Positions 23,316-36,058 of a stretch of DNA of 64,000 nt are shown piece by piece. The position numbers and the translations under genes were made by a program. Source of the DNA: Blasia pusilla (lineage: Eukaryota). The notes beneath the pieces are model-generated. The model had not been told where the DNA came from. It did no database searches and was given only the letters and a program-made list of their open reading frames with translations. Positions within the stretch are counted from its first letter, which is position 1, and the number at the start of each line of letters is the position of its first letter. The stretch covers positions 8,370,001 to 8,434,000 of the forward strand of contig CM114271.1 in assembly GCA_050084515.1 (NCBI GenBank), read 5' to 3'.

Positions 23316-25032
23316 ATGTTTAGGTATGGGTTTCCTCTATATTTTTCTTCATGGTCTAATAGGTTCCAAATAACAAAAGAAGTGAATGAAAAAAAAAGAT
23401 GTTTTATGGAAAAAAAAAAAAAGGATTTGTTAAAATGTGAGGGTGTTGTATTAGATGAAGAGTTCATTAGTGGGAAGTATGAAGAAGAGGGTTTTGGAGA
23501 TAGCCTTGAAGAGGTGTTCATTCATATGAGCACCGAATCGTTGGATACGAGTATGATTACAATTCACTCGCGTGAGTTGTATGAAGAAATATCAAGGTTC
23601 ATGGAAGGAGAAAATGGATATGAATCTACAAAGAAGGAATCGGATAGGCACGAGTTTGAGGCAGACGAACATCCCATGGAGGCACAAGTGCATACTAGAT
23701 ACAAGATGATGGCCCGGAAGGTGAAGCCAATGGCTACTCAACTACTAGAGGGTTATGGGAAATAAGTAGAATGTGCATCAATGGAGCCAAGTCTACAGGA
23801 CGTCAGAAAAATAAGACATAAGTTCACAGAAGAGATGCTAGATCGTCTGCAAATTGGAGGGGTGAGTTTCTTACAGAAATTGAAAGGAAAAGCTTTCGGG
23901 AGATGTTAAGGTGACATGGTGAGGCTTTCTATTTTACTACACAAGAAATTGGTTGTGTAGACACGAGTGTGGTGGTACCGATGGTAATTTTCACCGTTCC
24001 ACATATGCCTTGGGATTTGAAACCCATACTAGTACCACGAGCTATGATTCCCAAGCTGATTGAGTTATTGAAGGAGAAGATGTAGATGGGTATCTTAGAG
24101 CCTTCTATGGGGCCTTCCTCGAGTGGATGGTTCACTGTGCCAAAGAAATGAGAAGCTCTCCGGTTCATTCAAGATAAGGAATCGGAAAATAAGGTAACCA
24201 CTCGAAATATGGGAGCGGGGCCTAGAATAGATGAAGTCGCAGAAGCTTTTGCAGCCCGTGCTATCTATTCAATAGGAGATTTGCACTCGATATATGATCA
24301 ATTCCAATCAGCTATGAAGAGTAGAGATATTATCACTATGCACACTCCACTTGGGCTTGTAAGAATGTGCACATTACCTCAAGGGGTAACAAATTTTGTC
24401 GCTCACATACAGAGTGCAATGAACAAGATCTTGAGAGAGTTCATTCTTGAGAAAATCATTCCTTTTGTAGATGATATTCCTATAAAGGGATATGCAATAG
24501 AAGATAGGATTGAGAGGGTTGTGAAAGATGGGTGTAGAAATTTTGTGTCTGATCATATTCGTGATCTGGATATGATCATAGCAAGACTAGAATAGGTCAA
24601 TCTTAATCTTTTTGGAGAAAAGTGTAACTTTGGGGTCCCTCAAATTGTGGTAGTGGGTCATCTTTGTGGAGAGTTTGGCCGAAAACCAAATCCAACAAAA
24701 GTTGATGTAATCGGGAGGATACGAGAATGCGAAAATATCAACGAAGTGAGAAGGTTTTTAGGATCTTGTGTGTTTTATCAGGTGTGGATTCCTCATTTAG
24801 GCCATATATCTGATCCTTTGTATAAGCTGTTGAGAAAGAACAAGAAGTTCACTAGGGAGAAGAAGCAAAGAGCAGCAATGATGCAGTTGAAGGAGGCATT
24901 GAAGTCGCCATTGGTTCAATGATAAATGAGCTATGAATGCGAAAGACCTATTATCATCATAGTGGATACTAGCCCTATTGCTATTGGATAGGCAGTTGGG
25001 GAGGATAACGTGGAAGGAAGGAGATTTGCGAT
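23316..25032 (+). mobile_element. Ty3/gypsy pol fragment (RT to start of RNase H) of a distinct, fungal marY1-like type
   Basis: YKMMARKVKP, VPHMPWDLKPI, WFTVPKK, EAFAARAIYSIGDLHSIYDQF, TPLGLVRMCTLPQGVTN, PFVDDIPIKG, VRRFLGSCVFYQVWIP; truncated at 25032 by an LTR remnant. Confidence 0.85.
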
Positions 25033-25595
25033 AAGTCCTTATGCTGTAGGAATGGTCCGAGCAAGGGAGTAGTACCCTCTCAAGCTTGTATACACTTTGA
25101 AGCTTTCTCATTCTTGATGGAGTAGTAGAGAACTTATTTCTTCATTCTGATGTGCAATGCATATGTCTAAGAATTTTTATTGGGTCTGCAGAGTGAAGAG
25201 TGGATCAGGAGAATACTTTCATCATTAGAATAATCAACATCAAGTTGTAAGAAATCTGTTCGATAGAGAGTAGCATGCCTAGACGGATTGAGTTCCGAAA
25301 GTAGGAGAAGCCAACTTCTTGTTGAGGTCTCTGTGAGGTTCTTTGGTGTTGAGTGAAGATCTACCTGAGCGTGAATTCAATTCCATTGGAGAGAATCTAG
25401 GAAAGAAATCTTGGTACTAATAGAGAGAAGAATACCGTGATAAGTGATTGAATCCAAATTGTACACACTTAACTACAACTATTACAAGATAAATGCCATC
25501 TTGAGCTCTCTTTTCATATAATCGTGATCCTCTCGGGGATCAAACTTATTAAATTACTGTGAAAAGATCAATTTTTATACTTCTTGTACATTACA
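25033..25595 (+). repeat. 5'-truncated 5' LTR of element A
   Basis: Collinear with 32710-33273 (aagtccttatg...ttaca). Confidence 0.92.
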
Positions 25596-28500
25596 TTTTT
25601 TAGCTACAATTTTTTGGCGCTGACACCGTGGATCACAAGACTTGCTGAAAAGGGAGAGGCTTATGGGTAACTCCAGGCTGGGGGAAGAAGCCTCGTTGCC
25701 TAGGAGACCCAACCATCTACTTCTCATCGAAGAGAATCTTCTATCTCTAGCTATCCCCCTAAGACAATGGATGGAAGAAGATAGTAATCTTTTTGCTGCA
25801 TTAGTATTAGAGAAGATAGAAAAGTCAATTAGTTTTGTCAAAGAACCCATCGCTGAATGGTGCTTCGCCCATGAACCTCAGTTGTACTTGGTGATGATCT
25901 GGTACTTCTGTTTATGGGAGGAAAACCTCACAAGTAGATTGAGGGCACATTCACACTCCCATAGGAATTAGGAAGATATAACTTTCTCTCCATGGATCAA
26001 TACCCTGTAGCAGTCTTGGATGCACAACCAAGCTCGCAAATCCCAAGAGGGACTCATCCGCTCCCGGCCATCCGCTCAAGATTAGCGCGCTGATCAACGC
26101 AATAAGCAACAAGAAGATCATCCGTCTTGGAGATTGCCGGGTGTATCTCCCAGTCTTTGTCCTCGAACGAAGCCGAAGAGCAAGAAGAGGGATAGGAGTG
26201 CGCTCCCCATCACGTCTCATGCCACTTCTTAGTCGGATGAGGAGTCAACCTGGAATCCCTTTGGGGACTCGGGGGACAAAGGGTCGGCTAGACCAATCAC
26301 ATCTGAACCTCTACCTCCTCCTTCCCAAACATCAAGTCCGAGACCTAGCAACCGAAGTTCCCCAATGGCTAATACTGGGAAGACACTGCTAAGATATCCC
26401 ATGTTTGCGGGAGGATGAAGAGATGACGTTGATAACTTTGTGCTCGAGTTTACCCATGTAGCTAAGGCTAATGGGGAAGGCTCCAAGGAAGATTTGCTAT
26501 GAGGATTCCTGGGCCTGCTAAAGAAGCGGGCAAGCCAGTGGTACGAGGGCTGGAGCGGAAGTCATTGAAACCTGGAGAGGATACTGGAGGCCTTTCTTCA
26601 TGAGTTCCGCGACCTAGAGTTCGAGGACATGCTTTTGACAAAGCTCTGTGATTTAAAACGTAAGAAGAAGGAAACTCTTAGGGAATACACCCAAAGATTC
26701 CGAAGTCTCGTAAACAAACTCATACACACAACTACCTCGCAGTTGGTAGATTGGTTTGTGTCGGGACTATCCAAGGAAATGGACCGATACTGCCATCAGG
26801 GCCAACAAGATTCCCTGGAAGCAGTCATTGCATGAGCAGAGGCATACGAAGCCTCTAAGAAGTCCCACAAAACGCGAAGATGGCATCATCAATGGCGAGG
26901 CTCTTCGCAGACTAGTTCTTCCTCCAAGGACGAAGCGTCCTCTACAGACACCGAAGCCTCTACCAACGACACCACGGTGTCCTCAAACTCCGAAGAAGAC
27001 CCAAAATCCAAACATAAGAGAAAAAGCACACGCCACCACTCTCCCAAGTGTGGATGGAAAACCAAGCCTACAAAGCATGTCCCCCACAGGTCTGTTAGTC
27101 CAGTACGAGGGACTGCAAGGAAGGCAAGCAAGTCTGCCATTGAAGAGTTAAGTAAAAAAATGGCGGAGTTGAAAGTACATTTGGCGGCCGAGAAGGACCC
27201 CAAAAGAAGACCAGGTCTGATGAGGCCCAACGTATGGTGCAGTGTTTGTGGAACCCAAGGGCATACTGCCCAAGAGTGTCACCTTTAGAGAGATCTACGT
27301 TGGAACCAGGAAGACCCAACTATGGAAGAAGGGTGGTATGAAGCCGAACAATGGGAAGGTTGTTATGCAATTCAAGCCATGCCAACCCCTAATCCCAGAC
27401 GAAGTTGATCCCAAGGTATGTGCCTCCGAAATATGGGGAGCAGAGAACCTTGAGATAGATTATGGGCTCTGCGGCCTTCACGCCATCCATAAAAAGGAAT
27501 TGTTGTTACAATTGTGGGGCAGCCGACCATTGGGCCAATAATTTCCAAAATCCCAAGAGGCCAATAGGACTCAATCCATTATGTAGGAATTGCAAGAAGG
27601 GTGGGCACATTGCAGTGGAGTGCCCGAAGCCCAATGTTCCGCGGTTGCTGGTCAAGTATGTTACCACCCCAGCAGCACAAACAGAGTCCAAGTATGAAGT
27701 AAATGTTCAACTCGTCCGAGTGGAGGAGTTAGTGTCCCCCAAGACAGGGCGAGTTACCATGAGGGAAGAGGAGTATGACAGAACGGCACCCAAAGAATCC
27801 TCAGAGTGGCCCAAGGAACTCATGAACGAAGCTCTCGCTATCACCACGAGGTCCAAAACCCAGAACGCAAGGACAACCAAGACGAGGGTAGGGGCTTCGT
27901 CTTTGCGCGAAGTCAAAGACCCCAAGAAGAAAAGCGTTGACACTTTCTGCGTCGGGAAGGCCATTCTCAAAAGAGATCTCAACCCTGCCTTTGACCAAAG
28001 TCATCCCAAGTACTTCCATCAAGATGTCGAGGACCAGGTTCATGCTCAAGTTTGCCAAGACCGAGGCCTAGAACAGGTGTCACAGCAGACACCAGAGAAC
28101 TCAAGGGAAGAAAAGGTGCCAGCACTACAAGCCACCGTGACATCCCCATTGGTTTTAGAAGCCTACGACTTACTCATGGACTTGGCATCAACGCCGGAAA
28201 ATATCACCTTGTTACATTTGTTGATGGATAACCCTGTTTACGGTAAAATTTTGCAACAATGGTAGATGAGCCGTAGGAAACCCAAGAAGTCCTCAAAGAG
28301 TCTACCAGTAGTTGATTTATACAGTAGCAGGCGTTGTCCCGGTGCGGATGAGGCAGTATTGTCTCAATCTTAAAAACTCGTTGTTGGTCAAGGACAAAAT
28401 TGACCAGCGTCTCGAAGCTGGAATAATTTACCCCATGTTAAGTAGCAAGTGGGTGTCTCCCATTGTAATTTTACCCAAGAAGCAAACCAGGAAAATCAGG

Positions 28501-31500
28501 GTGTGCCAAGATTATCGAAAGTTGAATGCGGCCACCTTAAAAGACCATCATCCCCTACCCTTCACCGACACCATTTTGGACAAAGTCACCGGCCACGAGC
28601 GTTATACATTTTTTGATGGGTACTCGGGTTATAACCAGATATCCATTAGGGAGAAAGATCTTCACCTCATGACATTCACCACGGATTGGGGCACCTTCGC
28701 ATATCGAGTAATGCCGTTTGGTTTGTGCAATGCATTGTCAACCTTCTAGCGGATGATGATCTCCATCTTCCAAGAGTATCTGCGGAAGTTCGTCAAAATT
28801 TTCCTCGACGACTTTTGTATTTTCACTACAGAAGCAGAGCATTTGCAAAAATTAGAATTAACCGTGGCTCAATGTCGCAAAGTGCATTTATCCCTCCATC
28901 TTGAAAAATCATATATTGCAATGAGACAAGGTATCTTGTTGGGACACCGAGTGTCTACCCAAGGGATTGAGGTCGATAAGGCCAAAGTAGATATTATCGT
29001 AGCATTGGAACCTCCCATGAATCTAAGAGAATTGAGAGGCTTCTTGGACCATGTCGGATACTATCGACGGTTCATTAAGGATTATGCGGTAAAAGCAAAG
29101 GCCCTAACCGCGTTTCTTAAGAAGGCCATCGAATGGGAGTGGACCCCAACCTGCCAAGCAACATTTGAAGCATTAAAACAAGCATTGTTTGCGGCTCCTG
29201 TACTTCGGTCCCCTGACTAGACATGACCCTTCCACGTGTATGTGGACACATTGTCGTTTGCCATTGGGGTGGTGCTCAACCAGCTTGATGATAAAAAACA
29301 TGATTATTCGGTTTATTACACCGGACGACAATTATCTTCAGCCAAACAGAAATATACCACTACCAAACAGGAGGCGTTGGGAATGGTCTTCTCGTGCAAG
29401 AAGTTTCGCCATTATTTATTAGGGTATGAGTTCGTCTTTCATGTGGACCATTTTTCACTCGGACCGTTAATGGTCAAGGTGGACATTTCAGGTCACATTG
29501 CGCGTTGGATCTTGTTACTTCAGGAATTTACATTTGATGTAATTACCCGTGCCAGGAAGGTCCATACCAACGCAGATTTCTTATCACGGTTGCGGATGAC
29601 AAATGCCGACCTTACACAGACCTTGGACCATACCTTCCCTGGTGAGGACATGTTCCAGATTACTGAGGACCGATTGGGCCAATCCCTCTATAAAGATATT
29701 TTGCGTTTTCTGATTACCTTACAACTTCCAGCTCCTATGATGGCGGAGGAAGGGGGAAGGGCACCGCTTTGTACCAAAGCACTTCGCGATGTAACAGGCA
29801 AGTAAAAGCAAAGAAGTGCTTCGGTCTTATGCGAAGCGCGAACGGAAGAAGAGCTTCGGTCTTATGCAAAGTGCGAAGAGGCAGACTCTAACCGTTGAGG
29901 TAGGGTACTTACACCCGCGCCGCCACAACCAAGAAAATGTTCAAGACTTCGCCCACATAAGTGCCTGCCTACTACCCGGGCGGTCATTTTCATGGATGGA
30001 GTAACCACAAAGTTGCACAACAGACCGAAGCACGGAGCACATAGGGATCAACCTACATCACTTCTTTCGGCACCCACGATGCCTCGTGAAGACTCAACGC
30101 CCATCCTTCAAAGTGCGGCCATGCCACTGATAAAGCTATCACCCGAATTAGTCGAAGCACTCAAGGAGTCATCACTCGCAACATTTTTTCAATCCAATTG
30201 GACATTGACGTTAGGCAACCTTCCAAGGGAGCTTTGCTCTTTGGCCGTAGCTGCCAAGTCTAGGAAGAAAGGGTTCTGGTATTGCGCCCAGCCATGACAG
30301 TGGACTTTGGATGATTGGAGAGCGACTTATATGCTTCCTTCCGCTCCTGAGTATGAGTATGACATAGATTTGATGGTAAAGCACGAAGATTTTTTGGCAC
30401 TCGGCTGTGTGACGTCGGACCGCTTAGGCAGAAATGGCTACAAGGCTACCTCGTTGTCCCCACCCTTGTTCGGACAATTTTGCAAGCACCTGATGACCTT
30501 GTTTTATCCTGCTCGCTCTTACTACTTGACAAATAAGCTTGTTAAGATGTGCTACGTTCTCTGGAATCAGCATCTGGACCCCGAAGCACCAAGGGTCGAC
30601 TTCGCTACATTCTTGGACGGACACGTACAAGCAATGCTCAAAGCGCTCCATCCGAGCATGAAGTCTTTCTTGTTACCTTTTTTAATCCACTTGTACATTC
30701 ATAAGCAAGAATTGACTGCCAATGAGGCACTGGATTGGACGCAAGTGACTCCAGTACGCTTACCAAAGACGGGCCAAGCTTTACCTTCAGGAAGCCGCAA
30801 AGTCACGCTGACGCGCGAAGCAGTTCAAAGGCAACATCCCCATGCTTCGGCTTCAGGAAAAGATGAAGCACAAACTGAACTGCCAAGACGAAAGCGTGGA
30901 AGGGTAAATTTAAGACGCCTTCAGATGCATACCCGACGCCCCAAGAGAATTCGGTGGAGACCCCTTGCACTAGCGACGAGCCCCCTACTCTTCGTCGCAT
31001 GACACACACAGCAACGCACCTTGTGTGGTTTCTTAATCTGGCCGTTCCCATCATGAGTTAACTACCGCAGGTACTACACCTAGACAAAAAAGTAGACGTG
31101 GACTAGTATCTACAAGCGCTCAATGATATGAACTACAGAGCATAAGCTTCGTTAGAGAATGAAGCACATCGAAGAGTGGTAGAGCAACAGCTCGAGGTTT
31201 GCAATCAAGAAGTTGAAGACACTAAAGCGACACTTCGTAAGCTCAAACCGAGTTGGTACAAGCCCAATATGAATCACGGAATGCACACCAATGGGAAAGC
31301 TTGGCAATCAATATGGAGTTTGGGGCGGATCAATTGGTATCCCAAGTCAAGGAAGCTTCGCAGTTGATTCGACAGTACCAACACCAAGTGACTCTTCTCC
31401 AGAAGGAATTCAAGAAAGCAGCGACACAGAACGCCCATATATCTAAGCTACTTCAAGATCAACAGGAAACTAACACGAACTTAGTAGCACAATGGTCACG

Positions 31501-31968
31501 AGCCAAGGGGAGGATCTCAATCTTGGAGGAGGAACAAAAGGTTCTCAACGAAGTGCAGCTAGACCTTGAGGATGTCAAGGAGATTGTCGAGAAATCAGGG
31601 AAGAAATTCGAACAACACATGAATGAAGAAATCGCCTATGTCAGCAAACACTGGAAATGCCAGTTCGATAATCAGACGAAGTCTCTCCCGGAAGTACCAC
31701 CTACCCTCACGGTCAATCTTGAAGAGCTTCCTTCGTTTACACCCTTGGATGTCTTAGTCCAGAACAAAGTGCTTGAAACTTTGTTGGTAGTTATTAAATG
31801 GCGAGAGAAAAGGAGGAATCACACGCCAAATATCATCAACAAACCTTCAACTATTCATGGCCTTTTTCCTCCTGCAACTAAGTTGATGGCTTAGAAGACA
31901 CATTTATGGATTTAGATGTTGCACCATAAGGTGTTCGCCGGGGAAGCTCATATTTGAGGGAGGGGGTA

Positions 31969-33273
31969 TGTGATACCCACCATTTTGTAATTTTGAGATT
32001 GATACCTTTTGATTCAAGGAATGAAGACTCTATGAAGTAAAGGGTGTATATACAAGCCTGTTTTAGATATTATGTTTGTGTATGGGGAGAATGAGTAATA
32101 TTGAAATGGATCACAAAGCTCCTAGGACAAGGCAGAGAGGCGGAAAATCAAGGATTTTCCTTAGAGGAGAGGGAAATGTGGTAATAAAGTCTAAAGACTC
32201 AGAGCGAAGCTTGGAAAAGACAACGAAGCATTATTAAGAACCTGTTTATGAAGTGCTTCGGTCTTGAACGAAGCATGATGAAGAATAAGAGGAAGAAGTA
32301 CTTCGCTCTTGAACAAAGCATGAAGAGCGAAGCATTGGGAACAAGAGCAAAGAATGCAGCGCTTCGTCTTCAGACGAAGAGGAAGAACTTCGTCCTCAAG
32401 GGAAGAAGAAGAGGTCCAGACTTCGCAGCGATGCGAAGCTAAGACTCGACGTGATTTCAAGGGGCACATCGTTAGAATAGTTAGGCTAGGAAGAGGCGTG
32501 ACTTTTTGGACCAGAGAAGAAGTTAGGACACTTACACCTAGCGGGTTCATAACGATCATAGGAAAAGATAAGAGAACCGTAGATCAAGGTAGTTACAAAC
32601 TCACAATAGACACCAGATTCCTAAGAGACACTTCAAATCTTTGGACCTACTACTGCCTCGAAAGATATTTAAGAAGCATGAAAGTAGCTATCATCATCAT
32701 TCTTTCACAAAGTCCTTATGTTGTAGGAATGGTCGGAGCAAGGGAGTAGTACCCTCTCAAGCTTGTATACACTTTGAAGCTTTCTCATTCTTGATGAAGT
32801 AGTAAAGAACTCATTTCTTCATTCTAATGTGCGATGCATATGTTTGAGAATTCTTATTGGGTCTGCAGAGTGAAGAGTGGATAAGCTGAACAATTTCATC
32901 ATTAGAACAATCAACATCAAGTTGTAAGAAATATGTTCGACAAAGAGTAGCATGCCTAGAGAGATTGAGTTCCGAAAGTATGAGAATCCAGCTTCTTTTT
33001 TAGGTCTTTGTGAGGTTCTTTGGTGTTGAGTGAAGATCTACCTGAGCGTGAATTCAATTCCATTGGAGAGAATCAAGGAAAGAAATATTGGTACTAATAG
33101 AGAGAAGAATACACTGATAAGTGATTAAAATCCAAATTGTACACACTTAACTACAACTATTGCAAGATAAATGCCATATTGAACTCTCTTTTCACATAAT
33201 CATGATCCTCTTGGGGATCAAACTCATTAAATTATTGTAAAAAGATCAATTCTTAAACTTCTTGTACCTTACA
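31969..33273 (+). repeat. 3' LTR of element A (1305 bp)
   Basis: TGTGA...TTACA, directly after a PPT; 3' part matches 25033-25595. Confidence 0.92.
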
Positions 33274-36058
33274 TCTGTCAAGCGAACAGAGTCTTCTATG
33301 CAAAGAAGCAAGGCTTACTTATGATAGTTGATCGGTTTAGCAAGTTAGGGAGGTTTGTGCCGACGAGAGATTCTACGACGGCCTATACGACTTCGCGATT
33401 GTTCCTGGATAGCTGGTGGCGAGCTTATGGATTGCCTAGGAGCATTGTTTCCAATTGCGATCTGAAGTTTACTAGTGCCTTTTGGAAACATCTATTTAGG
33501 AGGTTCAAGACCAAACTCAACTTTAGTATGGCCTTCCATCCTCAAACGGTTGGGCAAACGGAAAAAGTAAACTCAATCGTGAACCAATACTTAAGGAATT
33601 ACGTGAGTGTGGACCAACGAGATTGGGCAAAGTGGCTAAGTATGGTTGAGTATTGTTACAACTCCACCAAGCATTCTACAACTAAAGAATCTCCGTTTCT
33701 TCTGACTTATCAAAGAGAAAAAGGAGGGCCTGTTGACTTGCCCCTTCGAGGGGAGCTACACTGACACACACTCCTAAAGCAACGGAGGAATGTTTGTCAG
33801 TGGAAATGCAGGAACGAAAAGAGCGGGCGAGAAGAAGTCTTGCCAAGGCTCAACTAAGGTACGTGAAGCATGCTAATAAGAGTCAGCGCCAAGAGAGTTT
33901 CCAAGTTGGGGAACAAATGTGGTTGAGTCTAAGGAATCTCACTCTTTCGAAGGAATTTTCTGCAAATTTTTCAACCAAGTATGTGATCAAGGCGCAAAGC
34001 CATTTGAGGACGTGTATACATTGGAGCTACCAAACGAGTTCAAGATTCACCCATCTTTCCATGTGTCATTATTGAAGAAATGTCTTCAAGACAATGTGCG
34101 TCCGGAGCTAAGAATTGTGTTGAGGCCACAACTGGTCATCAGAAATGAGGAACCAGAGTTTGTGGTAGAGACCGTTACGCCTTCCAGATATAAAGCCACG
34201 AAGTACGAGTACTTGGTCAAGTGGAAAGGCTACCATGTGAAAGAGGCGACTTGGATTGCGGAGGAAGATCTTGAACACACGCAAGAGACATTACGATACT
34301 TCAAATGGATGCAAGATAGGTGTATACGTTAGTGCATGATGAGGCAATGGACATAACTTGTGAGCATGAACCTTGGGCTCATAACCCGCCGTAACTAGAA
34401 AAGTTTAGTTGTTGCAATAAAGAATACACGGAGTTGGAGATTCGAAGCTAGTGATTTTGATTTTGAGAATGGTAGTGCATGGCAATTAGTAGTTCTTCAT
34501 ATGCTTATGATGTAGGTCAAAGAGGAAAAACAATGAGTATTTGAGGTAAGATTTTATTTGGATAAGGCATCTAGATCAAGACCAAATGTTGAAGTACTAA
34601 CATTTGGGCCCGCCCTAACGTCGGCGGGGCAAATTTTTTCATCTTAGGGTTTATGGTGATCTCATTCATGACGCATGAGTGAACTTAGTGACGTGCCCAA
34701 GTAGAATATGAGTGACCCAAAAGAAGTACGAATTGGCTAGGTAAACAAGCGGTTGTTTACAAATAGTGAGTAAATGAAGTGTTAGGTTGCAGACTTAGTT
34801 AGCTTATTTTGATAGTTTAGATTAGTTCTGCAGAATTAATCTAGGTTGATTGAAGTGGAGAAGCTAACAAATCTAAGTGCTATAAGAAACAGCCTAAGAC
34901 TTAAGCCAAAAGAGGAATTGCGGATAAGCTACCAGAACGCGATTTAGTGTTAAGGGGGCAGCTTCCAAGAACTTAACATTAAAAAAGGTTTGCATTGATG
35001 AGGACATCAACCTTCTAAGGAGGGGTGAGCGTCGTGACCCTCGTAACCAAACGAACACCAAATATGTGCCAAGCGGAACATCGAAACTCTAGTGGACTCA
35101 TGCTACGATGATCGCGTTTTGGAAAGGCTTTTGGAAAAGTCTCTTGGAAAAGTCCAAGAGACAAAACGCGGAACAGAGTTGTGCATTTCATGAGTTTTTG
35201 GTCTCAATCAGGCAACCTAGACCAAACGTGAGCCAAGACTTGACATGAGTTTAGTCTAGGAAGGTTGGTTTCCAAAGAGGTGAGAACTAGTTTTGGAACA
35301 CGACTAGCGTTTTGGGATTTTGAATGTGTTCTGGACCATAACGTTTAGTAACAAGATGCATACGGGACACATAAGGGCGCGTTGGAAAGCTTATTCCAAG
35401 ATGCTTCCAATGTACCAAAGATCTTAGCAAACTCATAAGTACGGACTGAGATATTTGCCAAAAAAATTTGTGAGAGCAATCGGATTGAGGGCCAATCTGA
35501 GGGGCTCGACTATCTTTCCCTAAAGTTAGGGGGAGGGTGGGGATCACCAAAAGTACTAGTAAGGAGGAGTCTCTCCAAGGAGTCTTGGAACACAAACCCC
35601 ACTTTAAGCACCAAACAGCCCCTCAAGTGCACATAATGGAATGGGAGTTTGGCTTTGGAACTCGAAACCCAAACTTGATCTAAGGGAGTGGACTTCGTAA
35701 GCCACACTTGGATTCCAACCCCTGATTTATTTTCATGACTCATGGCTAGGAACTCATTAGATTTCCATTGGACATTTGGAACTTCTAGGCATTCAAATGC
35801 CGTTGGAGGTTCTTGAACTGACCAGAAATTTTGTCCCAAGTCTTCAAAGACTTGCCTGTGTTGTAAATCGCAAAACTAGGAAGGTTGATCTTGATGAGAG
35901 GCCGAGTCGAGAACTTGGCAAGTTAGAACTGCTAATTGATCTAGACCTGACTAATGTAAGTGCGTGTTTGGTGCAGATCAATGTTGAGAGCGTGTCCTAC
36001 TGAACGCACGCTTCCGCAACAACAAAGATTAATGTTCAAGGAGAGTAGGTGCACGACA
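33274..36058 (+). mobile_element. Chromovirus (Ty3/gypsy) 3' portion: integrase, chromodomain, PPT, 3' LTR (35030-36058)
   Basis: IVDRFSK...AFHPQTVGQTEKVN (integrase), IHPSFHVSLLK, EFVVET...EYLVKWKGY...TWIAEEDL (chromodomain), PPT AAGGAGGGGTGAG, LTR cGTCGTG...CACGACA homologous to 47927-48954. Confidence 0.92.

Larger units (their letters stand above)
25033..33273 (+). mobile_element. Athila-like Ty3/gypsy element A, internally deleted, with an extra 3' ORF
   Basis: 5' LTR remnant 25033-25595, tRNA-Asp-like PBS at 25615, gag with three CCHC-type knuckles (about 26370-27630), RT 28312-29220 (SKWVSPIV...DGYSGYNQI...MPFGLCNA, FLDDF), RNase H 29236-29600, extra ORF region 29992-31894, PPT GAGGGAGGGGG near 31956, full 3' LTR 31969-33273. 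Protease and integrase not seen. Confidence 0.9.
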
